The notes below the pieces were generated by a model. That model searched no databases. It was given only the letters and a program-made list of their open reading frames with translations, and was not told the origin of the DNA. This document shows, piece after piece, positions 59,523 through 64,000 of a DNA stretch of 64,000 bases. Position 1 is the stretch's first letter. Each line of letters begins with the position of its first letter. The stretch is taken from positions 224,001 through 288,000 of the forward strand of contig CAVQKE010000001.1 of NCBI GenBank assembly GCA_963713045.1, in the 5' to 3' direction. Both the position numbers and the translations under genes were made by a program. Source of the stretch: an uncultured delta proteobacterium. Lineage in GTDB: Bacteria; Myxococcota; Myxococcia; Myxococcales; Myxococcaceae.

Positions 59523-62438
59523 ATGCCCTTAGAACTGCGCCGCGGAAGATTAGCCATACAACGTGCCCTCACCGATGTTCCGTCACCCTGGGTGACGTGT
59601 CTGTTGCTGGCCTTGGCCGCCTGCTCTGGGTCCAACGGCAAGCCAGACGGCGGCGGGCTCAACATCCTTCAGGGGATCGCTCCGACATTTACTTTCGAAA
59701 GCGGTCCGGTGCGACCGATCGCCCTTTCTCCCGATGGATCGCAGCTCTTCGTCGCCAACATCCCCAACGCCTCTTTGGACGTCTTCACTGTCACCGCCAG
59801 CGGAGTCAGTTTCAGCAGCTCGACCTACGTCGGCCTGGACCCGGTGTCCGTTGCCGCACGGACCAACACTGAGGTTTGGGTGGTCAATCAGGTTTCTGAC
59901 AGCGTGAGCGTCGTCGACCTAACCACCAACCCACCGCATGTGACTCGCACGCTGCTTGTCGGCGATGAGCCCAGCGACATCGTGTTCGGTGGACCGGGCG
60001 GGAACCGAGCATTCATCACGACCGCACACCGCGGCCAACAGCGGACCGACCCATCGCTGCAGGAGGTACCTGGCGCGGGCGATCCTCAGCTCACCACGGC
60101 TGGCGTCGGCCGGGCGGACGTGTGGGTCTTTGACGTCACCAATCTCGGCACCACCGTCGGTGGCACGCCGCTCGCGATTGTGACGCTCTTTGGCGACACG
60201 CCGCGGGCATTGGCTGTCACCCCCGATGGTGGAACTGTTTATGCCGCGATTTTCAAATCCGGGAATCAAACCATGGCCACTTCGTCGGGTCTGCCCTGCC
60301 CCGGTTTCGCCGCCTCAGATGGCGGCCCTTCGTGTATGACCGATGCTGGAATCTTCGTCCCCGGTCCCCCGCCAGGTCCAGCCACCAACTACGCACAGCT
60401 CCCCGCGCCGGCGGCGGCGGTAATTCTCAAAACCGACGCACAGGGCGTCTGGCGGGACGTCCTTGGTCGCGATTGGACCAGCGCCACAGCGTTTTCGTTG
60501 CCGGACGAAGACGTCTTTGCCATCGATGCCAACGCCCTGACTCCGACGGCCGTTTACTCTCACGTCGGCACCACTCTTTTCAATCTGGCCGTTAACCCAG
60601 TAAGCGGTACGGTCTACGTCTCCAACACCGACTCTCGAAATGATCTGCGGTTCGAGGGGCCCGGCACCTTTGCTGGCCAAACCCTCCAGGGCCACTTGGC
60701 CGAGGCCCGCATCACAGTGCTCGCCAATGGGGGAGTCCTTCCGCGCCACCTCAACAAGCACATTGATTATTCGATTCTCCCGGCACCGAATGGCACGATT
60801 CAGCACAGCCTCTCGACGCCATTGCAAATCGCCGTGAGCTCGGACGGCGGCACACTCTACGTCGCCGCTTTTGGTTCCTCGAAGGTCGGCGTCTTTCCCA
60901 CGGCCGCCATTGAGAACGACACGTTCAATCCCGTCAGCCAGAGCAACGCGTACCTCCAGGTGACCGGCGGTGGCCCCGGTGGATTGGCGCTCGACGAGCC
61001 CCGCCAGAGGCTTTACGTGACGACTCGCTTCGACGACGGCTTGTCTGTCATCGACCTGACCTCTGGCAACGAGATTGTTCACCTAACACTCCTGAATCCC
61101 GAGCCGACGGCGGTCACGAGTGGACGACCGTTTCTCTACGATGCCACGACCACGTCGTCCAACGGCGAGGCTGCCTGCGCCAGTTGCCATATTTTTGGAG
61201 ACAAAGACAACCTCGTCTGGGACCTCGGCAACCCGGACGCCGATCCGACGGTCACTCCCATCAACATCAAACTGAAGCTAGGCGCTCCGCCGACCATCAA
61301 CGGCGGGGGCGGAGCGGCCACCCTCCATCCGATGAAGGGGCCCATGGCCACGCAAACACTGCGGGGTCTCGTCAACCATGGCCCGATGCATTGGCGCGGG
61401 GACCGTGTGTCCGGCTTCTTCGGGACTGATACCAGTCCCACCCCACCCTACGACGCCACGCTCGCGTTTAAAAACTTCATCGTGGCCTTCAACACTCTGG
61501 TCGGGCTTGGGCCTGCCTTTTCGTCTTCGACCATGCAGACTTACGCCAATTTCGCTCTGGTCATCGCCGTGCCGCCGAACCCGGTGCGGGCCCTCGACAA
61601 CTCGCTGAGCGCAGCCCAAGCCGCCGGCCGAAGTTTCTTTCTCGGTTGTGATGGCATCGACAGCTTGACCGGAGTTCCAGTGGACTGCGCCGACGGCGGC
61701 CCCCCCGCCACTGGCGGTCATTTCGCTGACGGAGTGGGGATCGCCACTCTCGGTTTCACCTGTCAGGGCTGTCATGTTTTGAACCCGGAGATGGGCTTTT
61801 TTGGCACCGATGGGGAGAGCAGCTTCGAGGCACTCCCGCAGACCGTGAAGATTCCCCAGCTGCGCAATCTCTACGACAAAGTCGGCATGTTTGGGCTCCC
61901 AGCGAACCCCTTCGAGAATGCCGGGGACAACGGCTTTACCGGCCCGCAGGTCCGGGGGACAGGCTTCCTGAACGACGGGAGCATCGACACCATCTTCCGC
62001 TTCCTTCAGGCCAACGTCTTCAACCCCACCCAGAGCGGCCGTGTCGGGTTCGCGAACGGCGACACCCAGCGTCGGGACCTCGAGCAATTCCTCCTGGCGT
62101 TCGACAATGACCTCGCTCCCATCGTCGGCCAGCAAGTCACTCTGAGGACAGACAACGCGTCTGCCGTGGGTTCGCGCATCGACCTGCTCATCGCACGGGC
62201 CCAAACGCCCTTCGTGTCCAAAATCCTCGGCCCCGGAGCGACCGAGTGTGACCTCGTGGCTCGGGCGTTGGTCGACGGAAGAGCCAAAGCCTTTTGGCTA
62301 CAGTCCGACGGCACGTTCCTTCCCAACGACGGGAGTCCAACACTCACCGACTCTGCACTGCGAGCCCTGGCCACCACACCCGGACAGGAAGTCACGTACA
62401 CCTGTCTGCCTTCAGGCTGGGGCAATAATCGGCCGTAG
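59523..62438 (+). CDS. YncE/YVTN beta-propeller lipoprotein with a diheme cytochrome c (CCP-like) domain
   Basis: LAAC lipobox, WVVNQVSDSVSVVD repeats, CASCH, TQTLRG..PMHWRGDR, CQGCH, KIPQLRNLY; start uncertain. Confidence 0.82.
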   Translation: MPLELRRGRLAIQRALTDVPSPWVTCLLLALAACSGSNGKPDGGGLNILQGIAPTFTFESGPVRPIALSPDGSQLFVANIPNASLDVFTVTASGVSFSSSTYVGLDPVSVAARTNTEVWVVNQVSDSVSVVDLTTNPPHVTRTLLVGDEPSDIVFGGPGGNRAFITTAHRGQQRTDPSLQEVPGAGDPQLTTAGVGRADVWVFDVTNLGTTVGGTPLAIVTLFGDTPRALAVTPDGGTVYAAIFKSGNQTMATSSGLPCPGFAASDGGPSCMTDAGIFVPGPPPGPATNYAQLPAPAAAVILKTDAQGVWRDVLGRDWTSATAFSLPDEDVFAIDANALTPTAVYSHVGTTLFNLAVNPVSGTVYVSNTDSRNDLRFEGPGTFAGQTLQGHLAEARITVLANGGVLPRHLNKHIDYSILPAPNGTIQHSLSTPLQIAVSSDGGTLYVAAFGSSKVGVFPTAAIENDTFNPVSQSNAYLQVTGGGPGGLALDEPRQRLYVTTRFDDGLSVIDLTSGNEIVHLTLLNPEPTAVTSGRPFLYDATTTSSNGEAACASCHIFGDKDNLVWDLGNPDADPTVTPINIKLKLGAPPTINGGGGAATLHPMKGPMATQTLRGLVNHGPMHWRGDRVSGFFGTDTSPTPPYDATLAFKNFIVAFNTLVGLGPAFSSSTMQTYANFALVIAVPPNPVRALDNSLSAAQAAGRSFFLGCDGIDSLTGVPVDCADGGPPATGGHFADGVGIATLGFTCQGCHVLNPEMGFFGTDGESSFEALPQTVKIPQLRNLYDKVGMFGLPANPFENAGDNGFTGPQVRGTGFLNDGSIDTIFRFLQANVFNPTQSGRVGFANGDTQRRDLEQFLLAFDNDLAPIVGQQVTLRTDNASAVGSRIDLLIARAQTPFVSKILGPGATECDLVARALVDGRAKAFWLQSDGTFLPNDGSPTLTDSALRALATTPGQEVTYTCLPSGWGNNRP

Positions 62439-62562
62439 CCGAGCTGACCCTACGCTCGCGGCATTTCGGGCAAGCACAAAGCCGAGGGCGACTCGCGAGG
62501 CTTCCGGGGCGACGGTAACCGTGCCCTAAATCGCCAGAACGGCTTAACCTCAACGCCGTCGT

Positions 62563-63945
62563 TTGGTCCAACATCCGCCGGATGCGGCCTCTGCCGTCGT
62601 TGAGGGCCGGGCGTCCTGGAGAGTCGAGCCATTGAGACCGCCCCTCGCGACACCGAGCCAACGCGATGTCGGGCTAGTGCGGGCAATTGGCCCCTGGGCG
62701 CTCGCCGCGAGCATCGTCAACGTTGTCGTCGGCGCGGGAATCTTTGCAGTCCCCTCCGCCCTCGCTCAAAACATGGGACCGTATGCGCCGTTGGCATTTC
62801 TGGTGTGTGCAGTTGCTGTCGCCTCCGTGGCGATTTGTTTTGCAGAGGGTGGCAGCCGAATCCCAACGAGCGGAGGCGCGTACGGCTACGTGAGCGCGGC
62901 CTTCGGCCCACTCGTTGGCTACGTTGCCGGTACGATGCTTTGGTTTTGTAACGCGCTTGCCTGCGGAAGCATCGCAGCGGCGCTCGGCGATATCGCCGTT
63001 ACCGTGGTGCCGGTGCCCTACCGGACGATGGCGCACGCGGTGGTGATTGTCGGGGTGGTGGGTGGAATCGCGCTGGTTAATCTCAGTGGTGTCGGGCGCG
63101 CGGCACGCCTGGTCAGTGCGATGACCGTGCTGAAGTTAATTCCCCTCGCGATTTTTGTTATCGCTGGGGTCGGCGCGGTTCGATGGTCCAATTTTGCAGC
63201 AACCGCGCGTCCCACCACTCACGACCTTGGGCGCGGCCTCATCCTAGCCGTATTCGCATTTAGCGGGATGGAGGTCTCGCTCAGTGCCAGCGGCGAGGTT
63301 GCGCAACCAGCACGTAGCATTCCGAGGGCCTTGCTCATCTCGATGGTGTCGGTGACAGCGCTTTACGTCGCCATCCAAGTCATCGCCCAAGGCATCCTGG
63401 GCCCGTCATTGGCCCCTGCCCACGCGCCTCTTGCGGAGGCGATGGCCCGCATCAGCCCGGGATTGGGGTGGCTGATGCTCGCCGGCACCGCAGCCTCGAT
63501 GTTCGGCTGGATCGGCAGCGACATCCTGGGCACCCCGCGAGTGCTCTTCGCCTTCGCGCGAGACGGGCTTCTGCCGCGGGGGCTGGGGCGGGTCAATCCG
63601 AAGAGCCAAACTCCCCAAGCCTCAATCCTACTTTACGCGGCGCTGGCCATTGGACTCGCGCTCTCTGGGACGTTCGCCGAACTTGCGATCCTCTCGACGC
63701 TGGGCACTGCCGCGCTGTACATCGCCGTTTGCGCCGCGGCGTGGCGTCTTGCGCGACGTGGGGTTGCGGATTCCGGGCCGCCATTGAACTTCCGCTATCT
63801 CGGAGCAGCCGCAACGACAGGAATCGCCAGCATGCTGGGCCTGATTGCCCTCGCGTCCAGCGCAGAAACCATCGGCCTGTTCGCTGTCCTGGGCGTGAGC
63901 GCCATTGTGTATTTGTTGCAAACGCGCGTCCGGCGCCCTTCCTGA
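62563..63945 (+). CDS. APC-family amino acid permease
   Basis: VVGAGIF, SGGAYGY, KLIPL, FAFSGME, RVLFAFARDGLLP; start uncertain. Confidence 0.92.
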   Translation: MVQHPPDAASAVVEGRASWRVEPLRPPLATPSQRDVGLVRAIGPWALAASIVNVVVGAGIFAVPSALAQNMGPYAPLAFLVCAVAVASVAICFAEGGSRIPTSGGAYGYVSAAFGPLVGYVAGTMLWFCNALACGSIAAALGDIAVTVVPVPYRTMAHAVVIVGVVGGIALVNLSGVGRAARLVSAMTVLKLIPLAIFVIAGVGAVRWSNFAATARPTTHDLGRGLILAVFAFSGMEVSLSASGEVAQPARSIPRALLISMVSVTALYVAIQVIAQGILGPSLAPAHAPLAEAMARISPGLGWLMLAGTAASMFGWIGSDILGTPRVLFAFARDGLLPRGLGRVNPKSQTPQASILLYAALAIGLALSGTFAELAILSTLGTAALYIAVCAAAWRLARRGVADSGPPLNFRYLGAAATTGIASMLGLIALASSAETIGLFAVLGVSAIVYLLQTRVRRPS

Positions 63946-64000
63946 AGACTCGCCATTGACAGGATTTCACCTGGGCGGCTTATGAGTGACGCTGCCCCAC

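Overview
GC-rich chromosomal window, probably from a Myxococcota bacterium (inferred from a MYXO-CTERM-like tail and DGG-rich secreted proteins). (1) 143-6959: a PqqD/RRE gene fused to a Tat-like segment and a 6-Cys peptide, split by an intact IS1182 (CTAG target duplication), followed by a nucleotidyltransferase and a large C25 (gingipain-family) protease. (2) 6988-15258: housekeeping genes (suhB, two TlpA-like genes, mpl, a serine hydrolase, LD-carboxypeptidase, esterases). (3) A tRNA-Asn(GTT) at 15394-15466, followed by about 21 kb holding three more copies of the tRNA 3' half and five co-oriented copies of a non-coding arm motif with 10-bp periodic repeats. These divide the region into 6-7 kb cargo modules (redox genes, lipid hydrolases, three toxin-antitoxin pairs, exosortase K plus a VIT/vWA substrate), and no integrase is visible. 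(4) 36.4-47.2 kb: accessory membrane genes (VIT1, DUF2950/DUF3300, AI-2E, SulP, PPK2) and an FdhE fragment. (5) 47.5-53.7 kb: putative porin, 13-heme, monoheme and decaheme OmcA/MtrC-like cytochromes. (6) 54-64 kb: small proteins, an SDR, an ECF sigma factor, a beta-propeller diheme lipoprotein and an APC permease. Family calls come from motif recognition only; no searches were run.
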